Below are positions 47,535 to 55,001 of a DNA stretch of 56,894 nt, piece by piece. The stretch is from a virus (lineage: Duplodnaviria; Caudoviricetes), in IMG/VR virus record IMGVR_UViG_3300032331_001429, positions 1 through 56,894 of that record; one strand, given 5' to 3'. Made by a program: the position numbers and the translations under genes. The notes under the pieces were generated by a model. That model was not told the origin of the DNA. It ran no database searches and saw only the letters and a program-made list of their open reading frames with translations. Position 1 is the first letter of the stretch. Every line of letters begins with the position of its first letter.

Positions 47535-47765
47535 TTATTTACCGTACCTTAGAGCGCGTGACCTATTGAGTGTTCTTACACTACTTCTACCTGCCATTTT
47601 CCTAGTCACTGCGTTCCTTTTGGCCATGTTGTGCAAAGTCATAAGGGAAACATGTCGAGAAGCCAAAGGAGCTATCCTATGGGTTTTTATAGCAGAGGCA
47701 GCAAATTGGCTTTCGCCCTTAGAGCTTTTAATAAATCTTGTTAAAAATTTACTTACTAAATTCAT
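47535..47765 (-). CDS. Small basic hypothetical protein
   Basis: 76 aa, Arg/Lys-rich with only one acidic residue; fills the gap between neighbours. Confidence 0.5.
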   Translation of the reverse strand: MNLVSKFLTRFIKSSKGESQFAASAIKTHRIAPLASRHVSLMTLHNMAKRNAVTRKMAGRSSVRTLNRSRALRYGK

Positions 47766-48612
47766 CTTTTATTGTAAAGTCTGCATCTCTTATTTTTTCT
47801 GAATTCAACTGTCTACGCATTTTATTGATTTCTGCAGCTTTCTTGCGTAGCTCAGCAGCTTTTTGAGTAGCATCAATAGCAACCTGACCGGCAGTAATTT
47901 GAGCCTTTCTAGTAGCTAGCAATGCATCTCTAATCTTTGCGACGTTCTTACCTGCCCTTTCCATTGCCTCTATAACAGGATTCATAATATCAGCAAACAA
48001 AGGCGTGCCTTGGAAAGATTCCCCTACCATCTTGGCTTCTACTATGTTAGGATTCTTTGCCATGTAAGAACCACAGCGCCATCTTATCAATTCTTGACCA
48101 GCAAGCTCATAAAGCATGTCCATGTCAAAGCTATTCTCGGGAGCGTCAATATTTTCAATTCCTAGGGCGTTTAAATGCTTGTTAACCCACATATAGACAA
48201 TGCTTTCTTCTACTGGGCACCTTTGACCCACTGGGAGCTTTGATTTTGCCTCTTGCAGCGGACAAGAATGTATAAATGGGCACTGCATGCCTTTACATAT
48301 CATAGGCATGGTACCGGCAAATCCCCGGCTACTTCTAGCTATAAAATTTTTGAGTACTTGGACTGATTCTGGACTTAGGTCCGGGTTTAACCCTTGAGCC
48401 GCTGTGATAAGTCCATTCTCTGCGTTTTGGACAGCCTCAGAGGGTCCTGAAAACGCCGGACTCAATACTGGCAAGCAACTGTTGCCGGTTATTTCCCAAT
48501 TCTGAGTTGAAGATCCGCTTAAGTGCTGCTCTGGCAATGGGGCAGTCTGACCCTGAAGATTTTCTAAAACGGTGGTAATACTCGTATTCGTAGCTATAGT
48601 TGGCTTTGACAT
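47749..48612 (-). CDS. Probable terminase small subunit (Cys4 Zn-binding); start uncertain
   Basis: 287 aa; MICKGMQCPFIHSCP...CPVE, then helical NPVIEAMERA..KIRDALLATRKAQ resembling TerS oligomerisation helices; upstream of terL. Confidence 0.5.
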   Translation of the reverse strand: MSKPTIATNTSITTVLENLQGQTAPLPEQHLSGSSTQNWEITGNSCLPVLSPAFSGPSEAVQNAENGLITAAQGLNPDLSPESVQVLKNFIARSSRGFAGTMPMICKGMQCPFIHSCPLQEAKSKLPVGQRCPVEESIVYMWVNKHLNALGIENIDAPENSFDMDMLYELAGQELIRWRCGSYMAKNPNIVEAKMVGESFQGTPLFADIMNPVIEAMERAGKNVAKIRDALLATRKAQITAGQVAIDATQKAAELRKKAAEINKMRRQLNSEKIRDADFTIKDEFSK

Positions 48613-48673
48613 ACTCTATGAATCCTTGATCCTCATTTATCCATTTAGTTAACAAATCAAAAGGTATGTTCAT
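48437..48673 (-). CDS. Small hypothetical protein overlapping the TerS candidate
   Basis: 78 aa; ATG 1 nt after the upstream stop; globular-looking composition; overlaps 47749-48612 by 176 nt in another frame. Confidence 0.45.
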   Translation of the reverse strand: MNIPFDLLTKWINEDQGFIEYVKANYSYEYEYYHRFRKSSGSDCPIARAALKRIFNSELGNNRQQLLASIESGVFRTL

Positions 48674-48674
48674 T

Positions 48675-48986
48675 TTAGGCCTGATTTGTTTTAATTTTAT
48701 GTTTAATTATGTCGTCTTTTGATACAGCTAACAAAAAGGCTGTATTCAAAAGTGCTTGAGCTACAGCCCACTTAGTTGCATCAGTAGCTTGAACTTTACC
48801 TACTAGCTTTTCATTTAGTACTTTATTTAATGTTTCCTCATACATCTTGTGAGGAACTATAATATCATTTTCTAGTAAGATCTTTATTACATTATCAAAA
48901 GAAATTCTTATAATGCTTTTATCAGCCGAGTCAAAGTGTACATGGGCTAATAGTTGATTTATTAGTATCGTGCTTTGCTTTATCAT
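48675..48986 (-). CDS. Hypothetical protein
   Basis: Track start at 49016 lies inside a terminator hairpin; ATG at 48984-48986 (MIKQ...) preferred. Confidence 0.5.
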   Translation of the reverse strand: MIKQSTILINQLLAHVHFDSADKSIIRISFDNVIKILLENDIIVPHKMYEETLNKVLNEKLVGKVQATDATKWAVAQALLNTAFLLAVSKDDIIKHKIKTNQA

Positions 48987-48994
48987 GTTATTAC

Positions 48995-49035
48995 AAAAAA
49001 TAAGGGCCTGCAACACTTTTCAGTGATGCAGACCC
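48995..49035 (-). terminator. Intrinsic terminator with GNRA loop
   Basis: Minus strand GGGUCUGCAUCACU-GAAA-AGUGUUGCAGGCCC then UUAUUUUUU. Confidence 0.8.
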
Positions 49036-49042
49036 GAGTTGC

Positions 49043-49090
49043 TTACCTAAGTGTTGCCGTTGAGTTGTTATGCGTCGGTAAGACACACAT
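49043..49090 (-). CDS. Possible 15-aa leader peptide MCVLPTHNNSTATLR
   Basis: ATG 1 nt after the upstream TGA; TAA ends 7 nt before the terminator stem; too short for the ORF track. Confidence 0.25.
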   Translation of the reverse strand: MCVLPTHNNSTATLR

Positions 49091-49091
49091 A

Positions 49092-49574
49092 TCAACTACC
49101 GTCTTCCTCAAGTTCCCTAAGTGAGGAAAGTCTTTGTTCCATTGCGGCCATTTCGTAGGCTTGATAACCTTCCGGGTTGCCCACAGCAAGGTTAGCCAAC
49201 TTTATAGCCTTCTCAATTTCAAAAATGACGCGGTCCTTAATTTGCTCCAGACTGTCTGATGCAAAGAACTGACTTTGTGTTTGAGGGATCATTATAGGCC
49301 CAGTGGGGGCCTTGTTGAGCTCAGGCATTACCGAGAAGGACAGAGTTACTCCCCAACGAGGATTCCTCTTTCCACCTGTAGCAATGTCAGGTAATGACTT
49401 TAAACCTTGCGGTACAGTTATTACCTCCATAGTCTCATGGTTCTGAACCTCTCTACACGCTTCTGGAGGCGTTTGCTTAACGACCTCGTCAAATTTAGCT
49501 ATGAAATCCTGCACGCTAGCGGCAGACTGGGTTGTCTTGCCAGCTCCTGGGAACTTGATGATTGTGTCGGCCAT
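49092..49574 (-). CDS. Hypothetical protein
   Basis: 160 aa; IIKFP N-terminus; TAATG overlap with upstream gene. Confidence 0.6.
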   Translation of the reverse strand: MADTIIKFPGAGKTTQSAASVQDFIAKFDEVVKQTPPEACREVQNHETMEVITVPQGLKSLPDIATGGKRNPRWGVTLSFSVMPELNKAPTGPIMIPQTQSQFFASDSLEQIKDRVIFEIEKAIKLANLAVGNPEGYQAYEMAAMEQRLSSLRELEEDGS

Positions 49575-49771
49575 TATTCGGTTATTATTATCTTAGTTAA
49601 AGGTTCATGTATGTGTTTTTTGCATTTATCACACACATCGTCATTAACTACGTTTGCATTTTGTATAGTTCTAGTATTTGTAAATCTGCAGTTAGGCTTG
49701 TCACATACCCATATGATATTTTTGATTTTACGTTTGGCTTTATTGGGTTCTTTCACTTTAGCCTCTGCCAT
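49574..49771 (-). CDS. Small zinc-ribbon protein
   Basis: 65 aa; WVCDKPNC...VCDKCKK; basic N-terminus. Confidence 0.65.
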   Translation of the reverse strand: MAEAKVKEPNKAKRKIKNIIWVCDKPNCRFTNTRTIQNANVVNDDVCDKCKKHIHEPLTKIIITE

Positions 49772-49839
49772 TTTGGCCTATGGTTTTGGAAGCACCAAGT
49801 GGTACTCACCGTATTTGCTGTACAGCAATATAGTTAAAT

Positions 49840-49865
49840 AAAAAAGGGGGCCTTTTGGACCCCCT
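49840..49865 (-). terminator. Intrinsic terminator ending the Cys-protein array
   Basis: Minus strand AGGGGGUCC-AAAA-GGCCCCC-UUUUUU. Confidence 0.8.
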
Positions 49866-49893
49866 ATTTCTTGATTTAGATTAAATTATTAAA

Positions 49894-50514
49894 TCAGCCG
49901 GTCGTGCAGGGTGTGCACTGCAAGAATATTGGCTCAATTGTTTGAGACCACAGAGAAGTTCCAAAGGAACTTGGAATCGAGTAAATAGCTTGCAGGTAAG
50001 TTGTAAACTGCTGACCACATGGAGTAACTTTTTCTGCATTTCTCATTTTTACTGTAGCAGTTCTGGCACCAGAGTACGTTAGTGTTGCAACGTGAGTTAC
50101 GCCACCACCGTAGATGTCAAAAGTCAACAGCTGTATGTTTGCAGTTCTATTAGCATTCAGGAGACCTGAAGCTGCCGTTATGTCTATGTAGACGTTAGCG
50201 CCACAACCAAACTCATCTCTCATAGTGCAGCCCGTGCTGTCTATGATTACAAGCCCTGTTCCTCCGCCAGTAGTTCCTGTATATCCAGTTCCTGGGGTGA
50301 TTACGTTATAAGTAGTTTCAGAGCATTGACCAACATAAGGATTGGTATACCTTACTGTATAGGTAGCACCTATCCATGATCCTGCTGGGTTTGAGAACAG
50401 CAGTGGCTCTGAGTATGGTAGACCTCCGGTAGTTCCAGTACAAACTGCAAAGTTTAAATTACCGTAGTTATTTACTGTAGATAGAACCGGGACACATCCT
50501 GTGCAAATTACCAT
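49894..50514 (-). CDS. Cys-bracketed TG-rich paralog (array member)
   Basis: 206 aa; starts MVICTGC, ends CTPCTTG; SD AAAGGAG. Confidence 0.8.
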   Translation of the reverse strand: MVICTGCVPVLSTVNNYGNLNFAVCTGTTGGLPYSEPLLFSNPAGSWIGATYTVRYTNPYVGQCSETTYNVITPGTGYTGTTGGGTGLVIIDSTGCTMRDEFGCGANVYIDITAASGLLNANRTANIQLLTFDIYGGGVTHVATLTYSGARTATVKMRNAEKVTPCGQQFTTYLQAIYSIPSSFGTSLWSQTIEPIFLQCTPCTTG

Positions 50515-50538
50515 TGTGTTTTCTCCTTTAGTTATTTA

Positions 50539-51180
50539 TCAGATAGGTGGTAAGTAAGAACCAGAACTGCATGGAGAGCAGTTGTAAACGTGCGTAGAAT
50601 TGTGCTCAAGATAACCGCTAGTTCCCACTAATCCAAATTTAAAGTTAAAGCCGTAGTACTCAGAGAATCCACAGTTTAAAGCGTTGTTTGGAGTAGGATT
50701 CAGAATCATTAGACCAGTTGGAATCACCGCATCCGGTAATGTCACATTTCTTACTGATCCAATGCCGCCTCGGGTGTAGTCGTAGACCGTTAGAGTTCCA
50801 TAAGGAGTTCCTGGCCAACCTGACCAGAATAAAGGATCTCCTGAGAACTCAATTTTAAAGTCTCCGCCTTTGCACCAACCTTGTCCAGTGCATCCTGAAC
50901 CACTGACGAATGTGATTCCGCCAGATATCCCGGTTGCGCCTGTAGTAAAGTACCGTCTAGCGTATTCTCGGCAGTATCCTGACAAGAATAGGTTTGAATA
51001 GACGTTAATCGTTCCTAGTGAAATGTTTGTTCCTGACCAGCCCTGGAATGCACCAACTCCAGTAGCGGTCACATACATTGATAGCACATTTTGATACGAG
51101 GTAGCCGATGTTCCCGTGTATTGCAGTATGACGCTGTCAAATGACGGGGAGCATCCGGTGCAATTTAGTGTATTAGCCAT
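50539..51180 (-). CDS. Cys-bracketed TG-rich paralog (array member)
   Basis: 213 aa; NCTGC...SGYC...GCTGQGWC...FSGDP...NCG...CSPC; 8 Cys. Confidence 0.8.
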   Translation of the reverse strand: MANTLNCTGCSPSFDSVILQYTGTSATSYQNVLSMYVTATGVGAFQGWSGTNISLGTINVYSNLFLSGYCREYARRYFTTGATGISGGITFVSGSGCTGQGWCKGGDFKIEFSGDPLFWSGWPGTPYGTLTVYDYTRGGIGSVRNVTLPDAVIPTGLMILNPTPNNALNCGFSEYYGFNFKFGLVGTSGYLEHNSTHVYNCSPCSSGSYLPPI

Positions 51181-51262
51181 TAATAATCTCCCTTGTATTC
51201 TTCCTTCTATTTACTGCACAAGTATTTTACATATATGACAGAACTGGCTAAAAATTTAACAC

Positions 51263-51712
51263 TTAGCTAGTGGGACTACATCCCAGTGTCCAAGATCTAT
51301 CTGCAGTAAGATTACCAGCAAATGGAGGCAGCATTGTAACTACTTTAATCTCAATGCCATCTGTCGCTCCACAGGTAAGTTTATCAAATTTTACTACACC
51401 AAGTTTGTCTAAAGATAAATCTTTTTCAAAGTTATCTTTTTTGCTTACTTGAGTAACATATATTTCGGCTCTTGTGTTAGTTATAATGAGATTAAAGGTA
51501 AAATCCTGACTAAGGGCAATTAATAGAGGATTGACTCTAAACTTGGGGTGAAGATATACGCAATCCTCAGTATCCTCTACTGTCAGGGCTAGATCACCTA
51601 CATAGGTATTAGTAGCTTTCTCTAAGGTCCCAAATCCACTAGCGTAAAGAGGGGTCCAAGTTACCTCAGATCCCTCTACTACCAGCTTACAACCTTCGGG
51701 ACACTTTACCAT
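51263..51712 (-). CDS. Shorter, divergent Cys-bracketed paralog
   Basis: 149 aa; MVKCPEGC...TCG...LGCSPTS. Confidence 0.7.
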   Translation of the reverse strand: MVKCPEGCKLVVEGSEVTWTPLYASGFGTLEKATNTYVGDLALTVEDTEDCVYLHPKFRVNPLLIALSQDFTFNLIITNTRAEIYVTQVSKKDNFEKDLSLDKLGVVKFDKLTCGATDGIEIKVVTMLPPFAGNLTADRSWTLGCSPTS

Positions 51713-51719
51713 GTTAAGG

Positions 51720-52385
51720 TCAGTTGCTGCATTCTTTGCAGTAAAGAGTGAAGTAGCACTGACTTCTTATAGATCCAGTGTACCCAGGAATTAATGTTTG
51801 AGCTTCAATGAGTGCATCATATCTATTACCACAGTCTATTCTCACATTTGTCATGGAAAGACTTCCAGACGGTAGGTAAGAATTACCAGATGAAAGTACA
51901 CCAAAATCTAGGGCAGGAGGTAATCCGTTAGTTGCACTGGAGACCCACGCATAAATTGATGTTCTTGCCGAGGGCGCTCCTATGTAAAGGTCGGGATTGC
52001 CGCTAAACGAGAACCACAACTTACCTACCTTGCAAGGATTTCTTTGATCGCATCCTGTTCGATAAGAATATCCAATATTTCCTGTAAAATCGTTCTCGTA
52101 CATCGGATTTCCGCTGTACAGACCAGTAATTTGTACACCTGTAACAGTCTGGCACAGACCGCTATATCTACGCTCAACATACATATTTAAGGTGCCCAAG
52201 CTATAGCCAGTTATACCGGTCAAAGATCCAAGTCCATCTCCAACCATGTCTATTCTGGTTACAAAAGAAGGCACATATCCATACGGTCCTATAGAGTTAT
52301 TTACTGCTCCGTATGAGCTGCTGTAGACTCTTGTAGGGGCGCTAACAGCATGTGCATAATCTAGGTTACATCCTGTGCAGGGCAT
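51720..52385 (-). CDS. Cys-bracketed TG-rich paralog (array member)
   Basis: 221 aa; MPCTGC...SGLC...GCDQRNPC...FSGNP...DCG...CKEC. Confidence 0.8.
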   Translation of the reverse strand: MPCTGCNLDYAHAVSAPTRVYSSSYGAVNNSIGPYGYVPSFVTRIDMVGDGLGSLTGITGYSLGTLNMYVERRYSGLCQTVTGVQITGLYSGNPMYENDFTGNIGYSYRTGCDQRNPCKVGKLWFSFSGNPDLYIGAPSARTSIYAWVSSATNGLPPALDFGVLSSGNSYLPSGSLSMTNVRIDCGNRYDALIEAQTLIPGYTGSIRSQCYFTLYCKECSN

Positions 52386-52408
52386 AATCGAATTTCCTTT
52401 TTAGTTAA

Positions 52409-53041
52409 TTATCCTAATAAGCAGGGCTTACAAATTGTTTCTAGCATTACGCTATTCTCTACTTGACCTGAGTAACCAGGGATTCGTAAAGAGTAGGTCA
52501 GGTTAGCACCAATTGAAGTGCCGCAACTTACTGGCACGTTAGTATTTATATTTCCAGAGAAGCTTTGATTTCCTGAAGTTAGTGCTCCTGCAAAATAAAC
52601 ATTTCCATAGTTATAATCCTGAACTTGAATTGTTACAGTAGCATAGGGAGCGTAGTTCCATATATTGGGATTTGCAGAAAATGAAACTGCTAAATTGCTA
52701 ATGCAAGGAGATGCGCCTGTGCATCCTGTAATTCCTTGTGCCTTCCATCCAGTTAGTCCAGTTAAACCTGTTGAGCCAGTAAAGGTCAGAGAACCGGTAA
52801 CCGCCGTGCAATTCCCTGTCAAGCTCCTTAAGCTATTGACTGCCATATAGCCTAGATAGAAGCCAGTCACGCCAGACAGGGCTCCTCGTCCAGATCCAGT
52901 TATTGCTATATAAGGTATTATGGACGAGCTTACTCCAGTTCCTATCGGAGCACTGATTGAGCCATACGGGGCATAAGCTTTAAGGTGTTGCGAGCATCCT
53001 GTACAAAATTGCTGAAGTTCTTTAGGTGCGGGACCGGCCAT
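52409..53041 (-). CDS. Cys-bracketed TG-rich paralog (array member)
   Basis: 210 aa; FCTGC...TGNC...GCTGASPC...FSANP...SCG...CKPC; 8 Cys. Confidence 0.8.
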   Translation of the reverse strand: MAGPAPKELQQFCTGCSQHLKAYAPYGSISAPIGTGVSSSIIPYIAITGSGRGALSGVTGFYLGYMAVNSLRSLTGNCTAVTGSLTFTGSTGLTGLTGWKAQGITGCTGASPCISNLAVSFSANPNIWNYAPYATVTIQVQDYNYGNVYFAGALTSGNQSFSGNINTNVPVSCGTSIGANLTYSLRIPGYSGQVENSVMLETICKPCLLG

Positions 53042-53059
53042 TTTTGTTATCCTTTAAAA

Positions 53060-53287
53060 TTAAAAGCTATTCATTAGTTCGACTACTATATCTTTATAAG
53101 TATCTTGCATGATATGTACACCAAGAACCACATCAGGGCTTCCACAGCAACCTTCTGGTGCTTCTGCTAGTGTCTTTTCAATTTTTGACAATATAGTTTG
53201 TTTCTTTTCTTGGCTTATATTAGTTAGTGCTGAAACGTTAGTCTTAAGTTCATTAAGCTTGTAAATTATTTGATCTTTAACTGTCAT
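53060..53287 (-). CDS. Small helical protein with vicinal Cys-Cys
   Basis: 75 aa; helical hairpin then PEGCCGSP; starts 1 nt after the upstream stop. Confidence 0.6.
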   Translation of the reverse strand: MTVKDQIIYKLNELKTNVSALTNISQEKKQTILSKIEKTLAEAPEGCCGSPDVVLGVHIMQDTYKDIVVELMNSF

Positions 53288-53288
53288 C

Positions 53289-53987
53289 CTACACTCCGCC
53301 TGTTCCTGTCTGGCAAGTTGTGCAATTTATGTAGTAATAATAAGTTGCTCTTAGAGATCCAAATACGTTTGGAACAAATGCTTCAAAGGTAAGTTGACTT
53401 CTTGCTATTCCGCCGCAGCTTATATAAACTTGATCTTCTGTGAGGTTTCCAGAAGTAATATTTTGGTTTCTTACATTCAGGCCAGTTGGGGTGTGATACT
53501 TTGTAGGCGCAACATAGCTAGGATTAGATCCAGGAGCCGAGGAGTACGGATTCTGATACATAGCAGTTGAGTAAACGTTCATTGCACCATTAGGTGCGGC
53601 TACGTAAACGTTAGGATTACCAGAGAATTCAAAGTATAGATTGTTTATGGTGCAACCACGGATATCACCAGTGCAGTATTCTGTAGAAGCGTTATAAGAT
53701 ATTCCACTTGATCCAGTAATCAGCTGACCACTTGTAACTGCTGGAAGAGTTAACTGTCCTGTTATACCAACGCAACTACCATCGGTAGGATTGTTTAGGT
53801 AGATATTAATCCAGCCCAGAGGAAACCCGGTTATACCCGAAAGTTCTTGCTGACCAACTCCTTGTACTACATGACTGTATAATTGTATTCTAGGGCCACT
53901 TGAAGTTATGTTTGTTACCGGGCCTTGGAAACTGGCCGCGTCATAACTCATATTTGTTGTTAATTTACATCCTGTGCAGGTAGGCAT
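53289..53987 (-). CDS. Cys-bracketed TG-rich paralog (array member)
   Basis: 232 aa; TCTGC...DGSC...YCTGDIRGC...FSGNP...SCG...CTTC; 8 Cys. Confidence 0.8.
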   Translation of the reverse strand: MPTCTGCKLTTNMSYDAASFQGPVTNITSSGPRIQLYSHVVQGVGQQELSGITGFPLGWINIYLNNPTDGSCVGITGQLTLPAVTSGQLITGSSGISYNASTEYCTGDIRGCTINNLYFEFSGNPNVYVAAPNGAMNVYSTAMYQNPYSSAPGSNPSYVAPTKYHTPTGLNVRNQNITSGNLTEDQVYISCGGIARSQLTFEAFVPNVFGSLRATYYYYINCTTCQTGTGGV

Positions 53988-54014
53988 GATTACTATCCTA
54001 TGAAGTTAACTATT

Positions 54015-54022
54015 TTACGTGT
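54015..54022 (-). promoter_or_regulatory. Intergenic ACACGTAA motif (candidate promoter/operator)
   Basis: About 27 nt upstream of the ATG at 53987. Confidence 0.35.
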
Positions 54023-54048
54023 TTTCTGTGTATTTTACAATTTATTCT

Positions 54049-54921
54049 TTATCCACATGGAGTAGAGTAAAGATAGATGCGGCCTTGTACTGCTATATAT
54101 CCTTTATTAAATAATTGACCAGGTATAGCACTTCTTCCCCCGTTAAACGCTGCTCTATAATGTAACTCAGAAACAGATCCCCTAGTTACAGTAGTTTCGT
54201 ATACATTTGCTGGCCTAGTGGGCAGTAACCTAGCCATATCTGTTCCTAAGGACCATACTAATGACGGTCGAGTAGGATTAGGGATAGTATTTACAAAGTT
54301 TACCCAATCCACAGTCAAAGGAAAGGTATTTAAGTAGTCTAGACAAACTAGTTTAGGGTAGTATAGCGGTATGTTTGGAGCAAGTGGCAAAGAGTGAGCT
54401 AGTATTTCTCCAGGTCCAAATCCATAGCTAATTAAAAACTGACCGTAAGGACTATCAGATCCGACTACGACAGGAAGATTAAAACCTAAACTTGAGCCCA
54501 CGGGGGCTGTCGATGAGTTTTGTAAAGGTCTGTAATAAGGTTCAGTAAAAGTTATATTTAGGTATTTAGTTAAATCTGATGTAGACAGCGGCACGTCTAT
54601 GTCACTTATAAACGCAGGATCGGGATACCATTCAGCCGCAAGAGTCGCCTCGCCTATACCATCACCCTTTAAGGCGCACTCAGTTATTACTCTATTTTTT
54701 CTAGGATCAATATATCTTGTTTCTCTACATGTTGCATAGGTAGCAGGACCATCTGTAAAAATTGATAATTTACCTAATCTTACATTTGATGGGCCATTTA
54801 CAACATCTCCGTAAATATCGGTAGAGCTTACTTGTTGGTATCTGCTACTAGATGTTCTAGTAGGTAGTAGGGTTGAGCCTCCTATCCACGATATACCTAA
54901 TTCTCCCCCGGTACATGCCAT
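54049..54921 (-). CDS. Pro-rich Cys-bracketed paralog (long subtype)
   Basis: 290 aa; MACTGG...TPCG; LPVVVGSDSPYG matches LPFIVDPTSPCG of 55002-56096; SD AAGGAG. Confidence 0.75.
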   Translation of the reverse strand: MACTGGELGISWIGGSTLLPTRTSSSRYQQVSSTDIYGDVVNGPSNVRLGKLSIFTDGPATYATCRETRYIDPRKNRVITECALKGDGIGEATLAAEWYPDPAFISDIDVPLSTSDLTKYLNITFTEPYYRPLQNSSTAPVGSSLGFNLPVVVGSDSPYGQFLISYGFGPGEILAHSLPLAPNIPLYYPKLVCLDYLNTFPLTVDWVNFVNTIPNPTRPSLVWSLGTDMARLLPTRPANVYETTVTRGSVSELHYRAAFNGGRSAIPGQLFNKGYIAVQGRIYLYSTPCG

Positions 54922-54975
54922 AACTTAGGTCTCCTTGATGCTTGTTGCGAGCTACATAGTTTCCGTATTACTTGT

Positions 54976-54985
54976 TTACGTGTCA
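54976..54985 (-). promoter_or_regulatory. Intergenic TGACACGTAA motif (candidate promoter/operator)
   Basis: About 55 nt upstream of the ATG at 54921; the 9-mer TGACACGTA is also at 24636-24644, about 55 nt upstream of the ATG at 24581. Confidence 0.35.
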
Positions 54986-55001
54986 AAATTATAACTACAA
55001 A

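Noticed and set aside
49894-53987. Array proteins as c-type cytochromes, ferredoxins, thioredoxins or RiPP precursors
   Set aside because: No CxxCH or CxxCxxC motifs; CxxC pairs are at the extreme termini of ~200-aa beta-rich proteins; no modifying enzymes or signal peptides nearby.
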